A DNA stretch of 64,000 bases, taken from the NCBI GenBank assembly GCA_963727625.1, contig CAVSHR010000011.1, positions 192,001 through 256,000 on the forward strand, in the 5' to 3' direction. A program made the position numbers and the translations under genes. This document shows positions 19,605 to 30,103 of the stretch, one piece after another. Each line of letters opens with the position of its first letter. Position 1 is the first letter of the stretch. The notes below the pieces were generated by a model. It saw only the letters and a list, made by a program, of their open reading frames with translations. It had not been told where the DNA came from and ran no database searches. The stretch is from an uncultured delta proteobacterium (GTDB lineage Bacteria; Desulfobacterota; Binatia; UBA9968).

Positions 19605-20815
19605 TTGACGGAAGAGCTTCTAAACGCAAAGACACCGTTGCATCCCGAAATCGGCTTGCTAGCACTTGTCCCTGACGAGTGGAGCGATCAGTGGCAAGCT
19701 CGGCATCATATCCTCAGCAGGTTAAGTCATTACTACCATGTTGTCTGGCTGAATCCTCCCCATCACTGGCGGGAATCGGTTCCAAAGCTGCGCGCGCGAA
19801 AAAACGCTTATAGATCTGATAATTCAAACGGTTTGCTATTCTACACTCCAGAGTGGTGGCTGCCGCATCTACATAGGCCACGGCGAATTTCAAATAGTTT
19901 GTTTCGTGCACTGCTCGGCGAGCTTTAAGCGCTTCCAATCGCCAAGCGATGTAAGAAGACATTCTTTTTCCATGGTCTCCTGTTTGGCCGGATCATAAAA
20001 TATATCCCTTATGATCTAAGTTGTTATCACGTCGATGACGATTACTCATTTTCTGACGTGGATTTACCGAGCAACCGGGATGAAATGCAACTCCTTAGAA
20101 ACGTTGATCAAGTATTTATTCATTCTCCTGGACTAATGGAAAAAAAGGGTGGGGTTAATTCGAATACTTGTTTTTTCCCGAATGGTGTCGATTATAAGGC
20201 ATACGCGTCGATAGCACGGGAGCCCGAAGATTTGGCGGCGGTTCCTCACCCCCGGATTGGTTATGCTGGCCATTTGAAAAAAATGCTCGATTGGCAACTG
20301 CTAAACAATTGATACTTGGCAAGCCGGAGTGGAATTTCGTCTTTGTTGGGGAAATCAATTCAAGTCATTCTCAAATTCTCGATCCTATGGGCCAGTTGTC
20401 GAAACGCATTAGCGTGAATTTATTAGGAGGGAAGATGTCACAGGATCTCGCGGGCTAACCACAGCATTTTGATGTGTGCGTGATGCCTTATAAAATGTAT
20501 CCCTATACAAATTACATTTATCCCATGAAACTCCATGAATACCTCGCGAGTGGACGCCCCGTCGTAGGAACTCCGATTCGATCGTTGGCGGAATTTAGTC
20601 GCGTCATTCAGCTGGCTGGGACTGCTCACGAATGGTCAAGCGCTATCGAGAGAGCTCTTAGTCTGGAAGAAAACTCAAAAGAGAAGATAGAGGTTCGGCA
20701 GCAGATCGCCCGGCAGTTTGATTGGAACAATCTCGTGACAATTATTACCCGCACTGTTTGTGAACGTCTTGGCGAGAGTGATCGTGCCAGGCCGGCGCAT
20801 GGCGGTCCTAGATAA
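19605..20815 (+). pseudogene. GT-B (TuaH-like) glycosyltransferase, multiple frameshifts and a stop
   Basis: QARHHILSRL, PNGVDY, PRIGYAG, YPMKLHEYLASGRPVV fragments; start approximate. Confidence 0.7.
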
Positions 20816-20955
20816 ACATCGTGCAACCGCTATTCCGATTTGCGAGGTATTCGATAGTTGTGAACGGCAAGGTTTATAGACAGTATTGGCCTTTCGATAG
20901 AAGCGCCTGACGATGCTTCCACGCAACAGCGGCCGGGGATAGCTCATTTTGATCT

Positions 20956-22020
20956 ATGAGATCAACACACGGAAATGCCGTGAATCGAAGAACCGAAGAG
21001 AATCCGAAAATTGCGGATCGCAGCGTGATTGAGCGCTGCACGATCATTGTTGCCCCGCGAGACCTGTTTTCGACCACAGAAGAATGTCTCGAACAACTAT
21101 TTAAAAATACTCCCGAACGGTTTGATTTGGTGGTTGTCACGGGCGGAGCACCGGATTCGATAAGACAAATGCTTGAAGCCCGCTATGCGGAAAAGGCGCG
21201 GTTGATCTTTGAGCCAAACTTTTTAACCGGTTCTCAATTGCGAAATATCGGTTTGCGGGAAGCCAAGACACGATTAGCCGTTTGTTTGGACACCAACGTC
21301 TTCGTGCGGGCCGGCTGGTTGGCGCCGTTGATTCGGTGCCAAATTGAAACCGGAGCGAGCGAAGTGGTTCCACTGTGCGTTGATCAGAATATTAGAGTGC
21401 ACAATGCCGGCAACGATCTTTTCATAACCTACAAAAATGGTGAAGCGATCGGCAAGATGGAGCTAAGATGTTCGGGTCAGCCGGTTTGGGACAGGACTAA
21501 TTTAGCGCGCAGTGAGATCGATTTTGGCGAGGTGCACTGCCAGCTGTTCGTCGTCGAGACCGCTTTGAAACTCGGTGTATTTGACGAACGATTGCGCGAA
21601 GGGATCGAACTTGACTCGGGAATGACGCTCACCCGAGCGGGATGTAAAATAGTGTTCGAACCCGAATCGGTGGTATCCCTTTATTATCCCGTGATGCTCA
21701 AAAACATTGTCGACGTTGCACTTTATCGATGGAAATGGGACATACCCGAGGTTATAGCAGGTTACGACTATCTTAGTGAAAAATGGAATATGAGCTTCGG
21801 TGCAGGCGGTGGGTTTAAGGGTTATCTTGTCACGGTCAATGCCAGAGTAGGGGTGTTGACGCAAATCTGGCCTTCCAGCATTTCTCTGTTCTGCGACCGA
21901 GCCATAGCTTATGCCGTGGATACCTTCTGTCAGCCTTTTAGATCGCTCGCGTGGACTTTCCTGGCGTGGCGCACGGGATATTACAAACCATCGCAGATTC
22001 CCTCACGTCCTATCGGATAA
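20956..22020 (+). CDS. Glycosyltransferase family 2-like protein; paralog of 13263-14270
   Basis: Similar N-terminus (APRDLFS..LE), RNIGL, GWLAPL, EVHC, FEPES motifs. Confidence 0.7.
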   Translation: MRSTHGNAVNRRTEENPKIADRSVIERCTIIVAPRDLFSTTEECLEQLFKNTPERFDLVVVTGGAPDSIRQMLEARYAEKARLIFEPNFLTGSQLRNIGLREAKTRLAVCLDTNVFVRAGWLAPLIRCQIETGASEVVPLCVDQNIRVHNAGNDLFITYKNGEAIGKMELRCSGQPVWDRTNLARSEIDFGEVHCQLFVVETALKLGVFDERLREGIELDSGMTLTRAGCKIVFEPESVVSLYYPVMLKNIVDVALYRWKWDIPEVIAGYDYLSEKWNMSFGAGGGFKGYLVTVNARVGVLTQIWPSSISLFCDRAIAYAVDTFCQPFRSLAWTFLAWRTGYYKPSQIPSRPIG

Positions 22021-22025
22021 AAAAA

Positions 22026-22519
22026 TTACTGCTGAGGTTGTGAGTACGCCAGGAACGAATGTAATCAAGAAAAACTCCGAACTCTGCGACCTCTGTGCCT
22101 CTGTGGTGCAAAAACTTCCGGAGATCTTACCGCGGAGGCGCGGAGTACGCCGAGAGTAGAATGTTATCGAGAAATACTTTGAACTCTGCGACCTCTGTGC
22201 CTCTGTGGTGCAAAAACTTCCGGAGATCTTACCGCGGAGGCGCTGAGTACGCCGAGAGTAGAATATTATCGAGAAAAACTTCGAACTCTGCGACCTCTGT
22301 GCCTCTGTGGTGCAAAAACTTCCGGAGATCTTACCGCGGAGGCGCTGAGTACACCGAGAGTAGAATATTATCGAGAAATACTTCGAGCTCTGCGACCTCT
22401 GTGCCTCTGTGGTGAAAAAACCTCCGGAGATCTTACCGCGGAGGGGTGAGTACGTTGAGGAAAGAGCTGTGTGTCGGAAAATACTTCGAACTCTGTGACC
22501 TCTGTGTTCTCCGCGGTGA
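22026..22519 (+). repeat. Tandem array of five 102-bp hairpin units
   Basis: GA(A/G)CTCTG(C/T)GACC at 22079, 22181, 22283, 22385, 22488; each unit has inverted arms ACCGCGGAGGCGC(G/T)GAGTACGCCGAG / CTCTGCGACCTCTGTGCCTCTGTGGT. Confidence 0.92.
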
Positions 22520-22566
22520 AGATTGATTCGTCTTTCTGTTCGCGTTAACTATACCCAATGACACTG

Positions 22567-23318
22567 ATGGCGAGCGCCAGTATTATCATTCCCTGTTACA
22601 ATGAAGAACAAAGGCTCGATGTCGCCAGTTTTCAGAGACTTCAGGAGTTCAACGCACCGCATTACATTTCTATTCGTTAACGATGGCAGCAAGGATGGAA
22701 CCCTGGGATTGTTGGAATCATTGCAGGCATCCGATCCCGGACAAATTCTCGGTACTAAACTTCGAACAAAACCAGGGCAAGGCGGAAGCGGTCAGAAGAG
22801 GCATGTTAGGCGCGCTCGATTCGCATGCCGACTACGTTGGATTCTGGGACGCGGATCTGGCGACTCCGCTGGACACGATCCCGCAATTCTTGGATCTCGC
22901 GGAAAGCCGGCCGGAGCTTGAAATCATCATGGGATCCCGAGTCAAGCTTCTGGGGAGAAAAATCGAGCGCCGCACCGCTCGCCATTATATCGGCCGTGCC
23001 TTTGCCACGGCCACATCGATGATCTTGGGTCTTGCGGTTTACGACACGCAGTGCGGCGCAAAACTTTTCAGAGCGTCTTCTTCGCTCAAAGCACTTTTTG
23101 CTCAGCCGTTCGTCTCACGCTGGATCTTCGACGTGGAGATTATCGCGCGGCTCATTCAGGCCAGGCGCGGCAAACAGCTTCCGCAACCCGAGCAAGTGAT
23201 TTATGAGTTTCCGTTGACAGAATGGAGAGACGTCCCCGGTTCCAAGCTGGGTTATGGTGATTTCACGAGAGCAGCGTGGGAATTGTTACAGATCCGCAAC
23301 AGGTATTTGCGGCGCTGA
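22567..23318 (+). CDS. GT2 polyprenyl-phosphate glycosyltransferase (ALG5-like), frameshifted near the 5' end
   Basis: IIIPCYNEE, FVNDGSKDGT, GKAEAVRRG, DADLATP, DTQCGAKLF, WIFDVE. Confidence 0.8.
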
Positions 23319-24125
23319 CGGGCCGACCGACGACGGCTGACCGAAATGATGACCGGTGACCTACGACTGACGACCGCCGCTGAGGAAAATTCATATGGGT
23401 GAGTTCAAGTTTGAAAAGCTTGAAGTCTGGCACTTGAGCTTGGAGTACATTGATAATTGCTATGTCACGTCCGATGGGCTACCGAAGCGGGAAGAGTTTA
23501 ATCTCCAGTCGCAGCTCATTCGGGCCGCAACATCCATCGCACTGAACATCGCTGAAGGTTCAACAAGCCAGAGTGATGCTGAACAACGTCGTTTTCTGGG
23601 ATTAGCCTTGCGTTCTCTGGTGGAGACAGTCGCGTGTCGTCGGCTGGCCCAACGCAGACATTATACGGATCATCTTAAAGGAGATCTCCTATCGGATGGA
23701 GAACAACTCGCGGGTAAACTGTTCGCCAAAGTCCAAGCCATGCGTCGAGTCCTGGGCAAAGGTAAACAGCCCTCGGTCCGCGGCGGAACGTTACCGGTCG
23801 CCCGGCAATCCTAGTCGCTGCATTCTGCATAGGCAGGGTCCGCCTTCAATGGTCAACCGTCCGCTGTCTACATTCGTCGGTCAATCCCCCATGAACGTCG
23901 GTCCGTGGTCGAACATCGTAAATCGACTCGTTTAGACATCAATCGCCCATCAAAAACGACGATAGGTCCTTTAGATGTCGGTGTTTAGTCAGCAGTCGAC
24001 GGTCCGTAAATCACACGGTCCTAGGACGAAAGTTGTCTGCAAATCTTTAGCGGTAGCGGTTACGGTCGTCTGTCGCCGATCAAGCTCATAGACACGTCGG
24101 TCCACCGTCATCCGACCGCGGTCAA
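23316..24125. mobile_element. Four-helix-bundle element 3 with inverted GACCGAC-type heptamer arms
   Basis: Left arm about 23316-23380 (gaccgac gacggct gaccga.. gaccggt gacctac gactgac gaccgcc); scattered GTCGGTC/CGGTC units at about 23850-24125; mobility is inferred. Confidence 0.5.
23395..23814 (+). CDS. Four helix bundle protein
   Basis: FKFEKLEVW, SQLIRAATSIALNIAEGS, FLGLALRSLVET. Confidence 0.9.
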   Translation: MGEFKFEKLEVWHLSLEYIDNCYVTSDGLPKREEFNLQSQLIRAATSIALNIAEGSTSQSDAEQRRFLGLALRSLVETVACRRLAQRRHYTDHLKGDLLSDGEQLAGKLFAKVQAMRRVLGKGKQPSVRGGTLPVARQS

Positions 24126-24136
24126 TCTTTAATCAA

Positions 24137-26020
24137 ATGTGCGGCATTTCCGGAATCTATAACTACAAGACTCTCGAGCCGGTCTCGGAGCGCGTCCTCA
24201 AGGGGATGAACGATACGCTGGTTCACCGCGGACCGGATGACGAGGGTTTTTATATCTCAAATGAGCTCGGGCTTGGTCATCGCCGGCTCTCGATTATCGA
24301 CCTCGCCTCTGGGCATCAACCAATGACTAACGAGGACGGCACGGTCTGGGTCGCCTTTAACGGTGAAATTTATAATTTCGCGGAACTGCATCAATGGCTG
24401 GATGCCAAAGGCCACCAATTTAAAACCCGATCCGATACCGAAGTGATCGTTCATCTCTACGAAGAGAAAGGCGAGCAGTGTTTTAGCGAGCTACGCGGGA
24501 TGTTCGCCATAGCGATCTGGGATCAGCGTAATAAAAAATTGATTCTAGCGCGCGATAGAGTCGGCAAGAAGCCGCTGTATTATTACCACGATGGATCAAA
24601 ATTATTATTCGGCTCTGAAATTAAGGCCATCTTGCGGGCTCCCGATATCTGTCGCGAGATCGATCTCGAAGCGCTGTCGGATTATTTCTCCTTTCTTTAC
24701 GTCCCCGCGCCGAAGTCGATTTTCAAAAAAATCCGTAAGGTTCTGCCGGGCCATTACTTGGTCGTATCCGCAAAGGGCTTGCGTGAAACAAAATACTGGG
24801 ACTTGAGCTTTGCGGAAACGGACAATCTGTCGGAAGAAAGCTGGTGCGGGAAAATTATCGAGACCCTTCAAGAAGCCGTTCGGCTCAGACTCATGAGCGA
24901 GGTTCCGTTAGGAGCGTTTCTCTCGGGCGGGGTCGATTCGTCTTCGGTTGTAGCCATGATGCATGGGGCGATGAACGGCCCGGTGACCACGTCGTCGATC
25001 GGTTTCGAAGAAAAGGAATTCAACGAGCTTCCCTATGCGCGCTCGGTCGCCACGCAGTTTGGCACCGATCACCACGAACAAATCGTTCGTCCGGATGCGC
25101 TTGCCGTCATCGAAAAACTTGCCTGGCACTATGACGAGCCGTTTGCCGACTCGTCCGCCGTGCCAACCTACTATGTATCCAAAGTGGCGCGCGAGCATGT
25201 GACCGTGGCGCTTTCCGGGGACGGCGGCGATGAAAACTTTGCCGGCTACCGCCGCTATTACTTTGACCAGCGGGAAAATAGCATACGGGCCTTGCTGCCA
25301 TCGGCTATCCGCCAGCCGTTGTTCGGCGTCCTGGCATCGCTCTATCCGAAGGCCGATTGGGCGCCGCGGGTCTTTCGCGGCAAGGCGACTTTCCAAAACC
25401 TCGCGCGCTGCCCGATTGCCGCGTACTTTCGCTCGGTCTCCGCCTGCCATTCTGAGTTAAAGTCTCAACTATTGCATCCCGATGTCCGGCGTGAACTGAG
25501 CGACTATGATTCGCTGGATGTGTTGCGCGGTTATTACGAGACTGCCGATACGACGGATCCGTTATCAAGGATCCAATACGTCGACATCAAAACCTACCTG
25601 ACCGACGATATTTTAGCCAAAGTCGATCGCGCCAGCATGGCGGTATCCCTCGAAGTGCGCGCACCGATCTTGGATCATAAATTCATGGAACTGGCGGCAC
25701 GAATTCCTTCCTCGCTCAAGCTTCGCGGCATTCAGGGCAAATATATTTTTAAAAGAGCTTTGAAGCGACACCTTTCCGATTCTATCCTTTATCGCAACAA
25801 GATGGGTTTCGCAGTACCGCTGGCCGAGTGGTTTCGTGGCGACCTCAAGGAGATGGCATACGAAAAAATCATTCAATGCGGTATTGAGAGTATCTTGGAC
25901 GAGGCTTGCGTCGCGCAAATTTGGCAGGAACATCAGCGGGGATTTAGAGATCGGTCGACCGAACTGTGGACCCTTTTGATGTTTCAGCTGTGGCGGAGCA
26001 GGTTTCTTGCCACGTCCTGA
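24137..26020 (+). CDS. asnB: Asparagine synthase (glutamine-hydrolysing) / XrtA-associated amidotransferase
   Basis: MCGI, HRGPD, HRRLSIID, NGEIYN, LSGGVDSS, KVDRASMAVSLEVR. Confidence 0.92.
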   Translation: MCGISGIYNYKTLEPVSERVLKGMNDTLVHRGPDDEGFYISNELGLGHRRLSIIDLASGHQPMTNEDGTVWVAFNGEIYNFAELHQWLDAKGHQFKTRSDTEVIVHLYEEKGEQCFSELRGMFAIAIWDQRNKKLILARDRVGKKPLYYYHDGSKLLFGSEIKAILRAPDICREIDLEALSDYFSFLYVPAPKSIFKKIRKVLPGHYLVVSAKGLRETKYWDLSFAETDNLSEESWCGKIIETLQEAVRLRLMSEVPLGAFLSGGVDSSSVVAMMHGAMNGPVTTSSIGFEEKEFNELPYARSVATQFGTDHHEQIVRPDALAVIEKLAWHYDEPFADSSAVPTYYVSKVAREHVTVALSGDGGDENFAGYRRYYFDQRENSIRALLPSAIRQPLFGVLASLYPKADWAPRVFRGKATFQNLARCPIAAYFRSVSACHSELKSQLLHPDVRRELSDYDSLDVLRGYYETADTTDPLSRIQYVDIKTYLTDDILAKVDRASMAVSLEVRAPILDHKFMELAARIPSSLKLRGIQGKYIFKRALKRHLSDSILYRNKMGFAVPLAEWFRGDLKEMAYEKIIQCGIESILDEACVAQIWQEHQRGFRDRSTELWTLLMFQLWRSRFLATS

Positions 26021-26042
26021 CGGGTCCGGCTCTGCAACTCTC

Positions 26043-27269
26043 ATGAAAATCCTGGTTTTCACGACGCTCTTTCCAAACAATGTGTGGCCCAACCACGGCG
26101 TTTTTGTAAAGGAGCGTATGGCGGCCGTGGCACGCCTGGACGGGTGCGAGCTTCGAGTGATTGCGCCGGTTCCCTATTACCCGCCGATTCGAGTCGGCAA
26201 GAGATGGCGTTACTCGCAAGTGGCGCGGTCAGAAGTGATTGAGGGCATTCAGGTTTATCATCCTCGTTATGTGATGATCCCGAAAATAAGCATGCCTCTT
26301 CACGGCTTGATGCTGTTCTTGCCGGTGCTGCATTTCGTCAAAAAACTTCAAGCTCAGTTCGATTTCGATATTATCGACTCCCATTATGTTTATCCGGACG
26401 GCTTTGCTGCGGTTCTTATGGGGCGTCTTCTTAGGACGCCCGTTGTGGTTTCTGCACGGGGAAGCGACATAAATTTATTTTCTCGATTTTCGACAATATG
26501 CAGATTTCTGAAATATGCTCTCGCAGGTGCGAGTCATGTGATTGCCGTGTCTAGTGCTCTTCAAAAGGCGATCGTTGAGCTGGGAATTCCGAAGAATAAA
26601 ATATCCGTGATTCCTAATGGCGTTGATGGACGCAAGTTTAAGCGAATGACTCAAAAACAGGAGGCTCGCCGGGAACTTGGACTGCAGCGCGATGCTTTCC
26701 TCATTTTATCAGTAGGCGGATTGACCCCGGTTAAGGGATTCGATGTTTTAATAAAGGCTTTTGAAATGGTATCGAGCATTTCTGACCGGCAGAAATTGTA
26801 TTTGATAATTATCGGCGAAGGAACGCTACGCAAAACACTAGAGATTCTTATCTCTAAACTGCATTTGGAATCTCATGTGTGTCTGGTTGGCGCCGTGCCC
26901 CATGAACAGCTCTGTATCTGGTATAACGCGGCGGATATTTTTTGCCTGGCGAGTGAACGAGAAGGCTGGCCCAACGTTATTCTCGAGGCAATGGCGTGTG
27001 GATTGCCCGTTGTAGCGACGGCTGTTGGAGGGATTCCAGAAATTCTTAAGGACTGCGAGGTCGGGCTGTTATCCGAACGTAAGCCGGCGGCAATGGCACA
27101 ACGGATTCGCGAAGCTATGCAAAAGAATTGGGATTCGGACCGAATTAGTCGATACGCGCTTGAGCATACATGGGATATGGCAGCGGCGAAAGTTAGGACG
27201 GTTTTCGACAGCGTGATAACCCGTCGGATCCAATCGACCGTGCGCTATTCCAACTTTGATCAACCGTAG
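26043..27269 (+). CDS. Glycosyltransferase family 4 (TuaC-like)
   Basis: HYVYPDG, ARGSDI, PNGVD, EGWPNVILEAMACG. Confidence 0.9.
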   Translation: MKILVFTTLFPNNVWPNHGVFVKERMAAVARLDGCELRVIAPVPYYPPIRVGKRWRYSQVARSEVIEGIQVYHPRYVMIPKISMPLHGLMLFLPVLHFVKKLQAQFDFDIIDSHYVYPDGFAAVLMGRLLRTPVVVSARGSDINLFSRFSTICRFLKYALAGASHVIAVSSALQKAIVELGIPKNKISVIPNGVDGRKFKRMTQKQEARRELGLQRDAFLILSVGGLTPVKGFDVLIKAFEMVSSISDRQKLYLIIIGEGTLRKTLEILISKLHLESHVCLVGAVPHEQLCIWYNAADIFCLASEREGWPNVILEAMACGLPVVATAVGGIPEILKDCEVGLLSERKPAAMAQRIREAMQKNWDSDRISRYALEHTWDMAAAKVRTVFDSVITRRIQSTVRYSNFDQP

Positions 27270-27298
27270 ATCAAGCGAAGGTTCCTGTTCAAGCTGTC

Positions 27299-28579
27299 AT
27301 GTCTTCCAGCAATCATTCACTTAAAGTTCTCCATGTATTGGATCATAGCCTTCCATTGCATAGCGGCTATGCTTTTCGGAGTCTCAATATTCTAAAGGTG
27401 CAGCGATCCATGGGTTGGCAGTGTGTGGTTGCGACGTCACCCAAACATGAAAAACATTTCGGGGCCGGATCGGTTGCTGAAGAGGATATTTTCGGCTTTC
27501 TGCATTATCGTAGCGGTATTGTGTCAGACTCGCGGCTCGCCGTTTTGGGGGAGCTGAGACTGATGCGTAAGCTAGAGCAGCGGCTTTACGAAGTCATTCA
27601 GAAGGAATCGCCCGATATTATACATGCCCATTCGCCAATTCTTAACGGTTTGCCGGCCATAAAGGTGGGGAATAAGTTGGGGCTTCCGGTCGTGTATGAG
27701 GTACGCGCATTGTGGGAAGATGCGGCGGTGGATCACGGTACGTACAAAGGAAAATCTTGGAAATACAAGGTCTCGCGTGCTCTTGAGACGTGGCTATGTC
27801 AAAGAGCAGATCAAGTCACGGTGCTGTGCAATGGACTCAAAGCAGATCTCGTATCGAGAGGCGTACCAGACCATAAGCTAACGGTGGTACCGAACGGTGT
27901 CGATGTGAATAGCTTCAAATTGGGCGCAGAGGATGCCGACGCTAAGAAAGCGTGGAATCTAGGTGGCAAAACAGTGATTGCTTTCATCGGGTCCTTTTAC
28001 CGATATGAAGGCATTGAACTGCTTGTGAGTGCGGTTGCTCGTCTTCGGCAAAAAAGAAAGAACATCGCGTTGCTCTTGATAGGCGGTGGTGAGGTCGAGC
28101 AGGAGTTAAAAATCCAGATCAAAGAACTTGGGCTTGAGGACATTGTTTTGACGCCGGGTAGGATTCCCCACGAACGTATTCCCGGAATTTATGCTCTGGC
28201 TGATGTCTTCGTGTACCCGCGTCTCTCGATGCGACTGACTGAGCTGGTTACGCCTCTGAAACCGCTTGAAGCGATGGCCATGGGCGGCGCGGTGATCGCC
28301 AGCGACATCGGCGGTCATCGCGAACTTGTCCAGGATGGCTATAACGGTTTACTGGTACCGCCGGGAAACGTGCCTAAACTCGTGGAAGCCTTGGAACGTA
28401 TTCTGGACGATTTCAGGTTGCGGCAGCGTCTCGGTCAGCAAGCGGCCTCGTGGGTTCGTCGCGAACGCTCCTGGGAAAATCTTGGGGGGGTCTATGACCA
28501 AGTCTATTCGGCGGCATTCAAGCACAGACCAGCGTCTGGTGTCTTTTATAAGGACGCAGAGCTAGAGGCAGACAAATAA
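27299..28579 (+). CDS. Glycosyltransferase family 4, XrtA-system type
   Basis: LDHSLPLHSGY, YEVRALWEDAAVDHG, TELVTPLKPLEAMA. Confidence 0.9.
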   Translation: MSSSNHSLKVLHVLDHSLPLHSGYAFRSLNILKVQRSMGWQCVVATSPKHEKHFGAGSVAEEDIFGFLHYRSGIVSDSRLAVLGELRLMRKLEQRLYEVIQKESPDIIHAHSPILNGLPAIKVGNKLGLPVVYEVRALWEDAAVDHGTYKGKSWKYKVSRALETWLCQRADQVTVLCNGLKADLVSRGVPDHKLTVVPNGVDVNSFKLGAEDADAKKAWNLGGKTVIAFIGSFYRYEGIELLVSAVARLRQKRKNIALLLIGGGEVEQELKIQIKELGLEDIVLTPGRIPHERIPGIYALADVFVYPRLSMRLTELVTPLKPLEAMAMGGAVIASDIGGHRELVQDGYNGLLVPPGNVPKLVEALERILDDFRLRQRLGQQAASWVRRERSWENLGGVYDQVYSAAFKHRPASGVFYKDAELEADK

Positions 28580-28685
28580 TTTCGCAGCGATGAGTAAATA
28601 TCGGGACTCTGAAGTCAGGGTTAGGGCTCGCGAATGACACAGATGAATGCTGAGCCTTTAGTGACCTAAATTAAGGCAGGGGTTA

Positions 28686-29480
28686 ATGTCGACGTTCGAT
28701 CACTCTAGCCATAAGGAATTTTACGACTATTATGCTCACGCAAGCCAGAGTCCTGAGACGATTCAACGGATTCGTTCGCTTCGGGCCTGCGTTTTGCGTG
28801 TGGCAGAAAAGACCGGGTTAAACAACAAAATACTTGAAGTCGCTGATATTGGCTGCGGAGCGGGCACGCAAAGCTTTCTTTGGGCAGAACTCGGACATAT
28901 CATCCACGGTCTTGACGTAAATGAACCTTTGCTGAAATTGGCCCGAGAACGGGCGGCCAAGCAACATGTCGCGATAGATTTCAAGTTGGGCTCAGCAACT
29001 GAACTTCCATGGGCCGATGGGTCTATGGATGTTTGCCTCTTGTTAGAACTTTTGGAACATGTCGTTGATTGGCAAGCTTGTCTCAAGGAATGTACGCGCA
29101 TACTGCGTCCTGGTGGAATCCTTCTCCTTACTACCAGCAATAAACTCTGTCCTATACAGGAGGAGTTTAATTTGCCGCTGTACAGTTGGTATCCCGGAAA
29201 GTTAAAACGTTACTTTGAGCGACTTACACTTACTACGCGACCCGACCTGGCAAATTACGCGAAATATCCAGCGGTGAATTGGTTTAGTTTTTACACATTG
29301 CGCGATGAGTTGTTTGATCGCGGTCTCGTCTCTTTGGATCGATTCGATGTGATCGATTTGCCCAACAAACATGGCTGGATTAGAGGAGCCGTTCGTTGTA
29401 TACGGGCTGTTCCCTTCCTTAGATGGCTCGGCCACATCGTCACACCCGGCACCTTGGTTGTAGCCCTTAAAAATAGCTAA
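28686..29480 (+). CDS. Class I SAM-dependent methyltransferase
   Basis: DIGCGAG, LEHV, LRPGG motifs. Confidence 0.88.
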   Translation: MSTFDHSSHKEFYDYYAHASQSPETIQRIRSLRACVLRVAEKTGLNNKILEVADIGCGAGTQSFLWAELGHIIHGLDVNEPLLKLARERAAKQHVAIDFKLGSATELPWADGSMDVCLLLELLEHVVDWQACLKECTRILRPGGILLLTTSNKLCPIQEEFNLPLYSWYPGKLKRYFERLTLTTRPDLANYAKYPAVNWFSFYTLRDELFDRGLVSLDRFDVIDLPNKHGWIRGAVRCIRAVPFLRWLGHIVTPGTLVVALKNS

Positions 29481-30103
29481 CTAAGAATTGCTACCGGTAA
29501 AATGGAATCTGCTCTATGAAACAATGTGTACTCGTGTCGCTGATGTCGTTGCTATCTCGTGGACAGAGTTGATCCAGGTGCAGGTAGCCCAGGATTAGTT
29601 TGCTACAGATCAATCATCAAACTCTTTCCGATAGGCCTTCTCTTGCCACAATTGAGGTTAAGTGGGGTTAGCCAAATGACCAAAATACGTTTTGGCCATG
29701 AATCATTTTGAGCGAGCGATGATGGATGTATCCCCAGTATATTCTGACGCACACCAGTACGGACTTGTTTGGGTATAGAATAACGATCTATATGCTGGAA
29801 TCGACCAATTCAAACATCCGTTCCAAATGGACCCCGAACTGCCTGCAAATTACGGTGGACTCGCGCACTTATGCAACGCAAGGCAAAAGAATAAAACTCG
29901 AATGGTTGGGGAAAGGCTTGGCAATTCGGATTTAAGAGAAAATTGTCTACTGGTTTATAGCGTCTTTACGAAAAGGGTCGTCGTGGACTTCGTTTTTAAA
30001 GTTCGTTCACATCTGGTCGACATTTGTTGCGGGTTATAATCTCTCTTTTCTCGGGCAGAGATTGCGGTAAGAGAAAGAACTAAAAACAACACTTGGAGTC
30101 CAA

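Noticed and set aside
22095-22415. 106-aa repeat protein ORF
   Set aside because: Translation of the 102-bp (34-codon) DNA repeat; no coding evidence
22026-22519. CRISPR array
   Set aside because: The intervening sequences are near-identical rather than unique spacers, the period is 102 bp, and no cas genes are present
10320-23814. Diversity-generating retroelement suggested by Avd-like genes
   Set aside because: No reverse transcriptase and no TR/VR pair with adenine-specific mismatches seen in the window
29481-30103. Small ORFs 29726-29935 and 29827-30039
   Set aside because: Short, no recognisable motifs; more likely an AT-rich regulatory spacer
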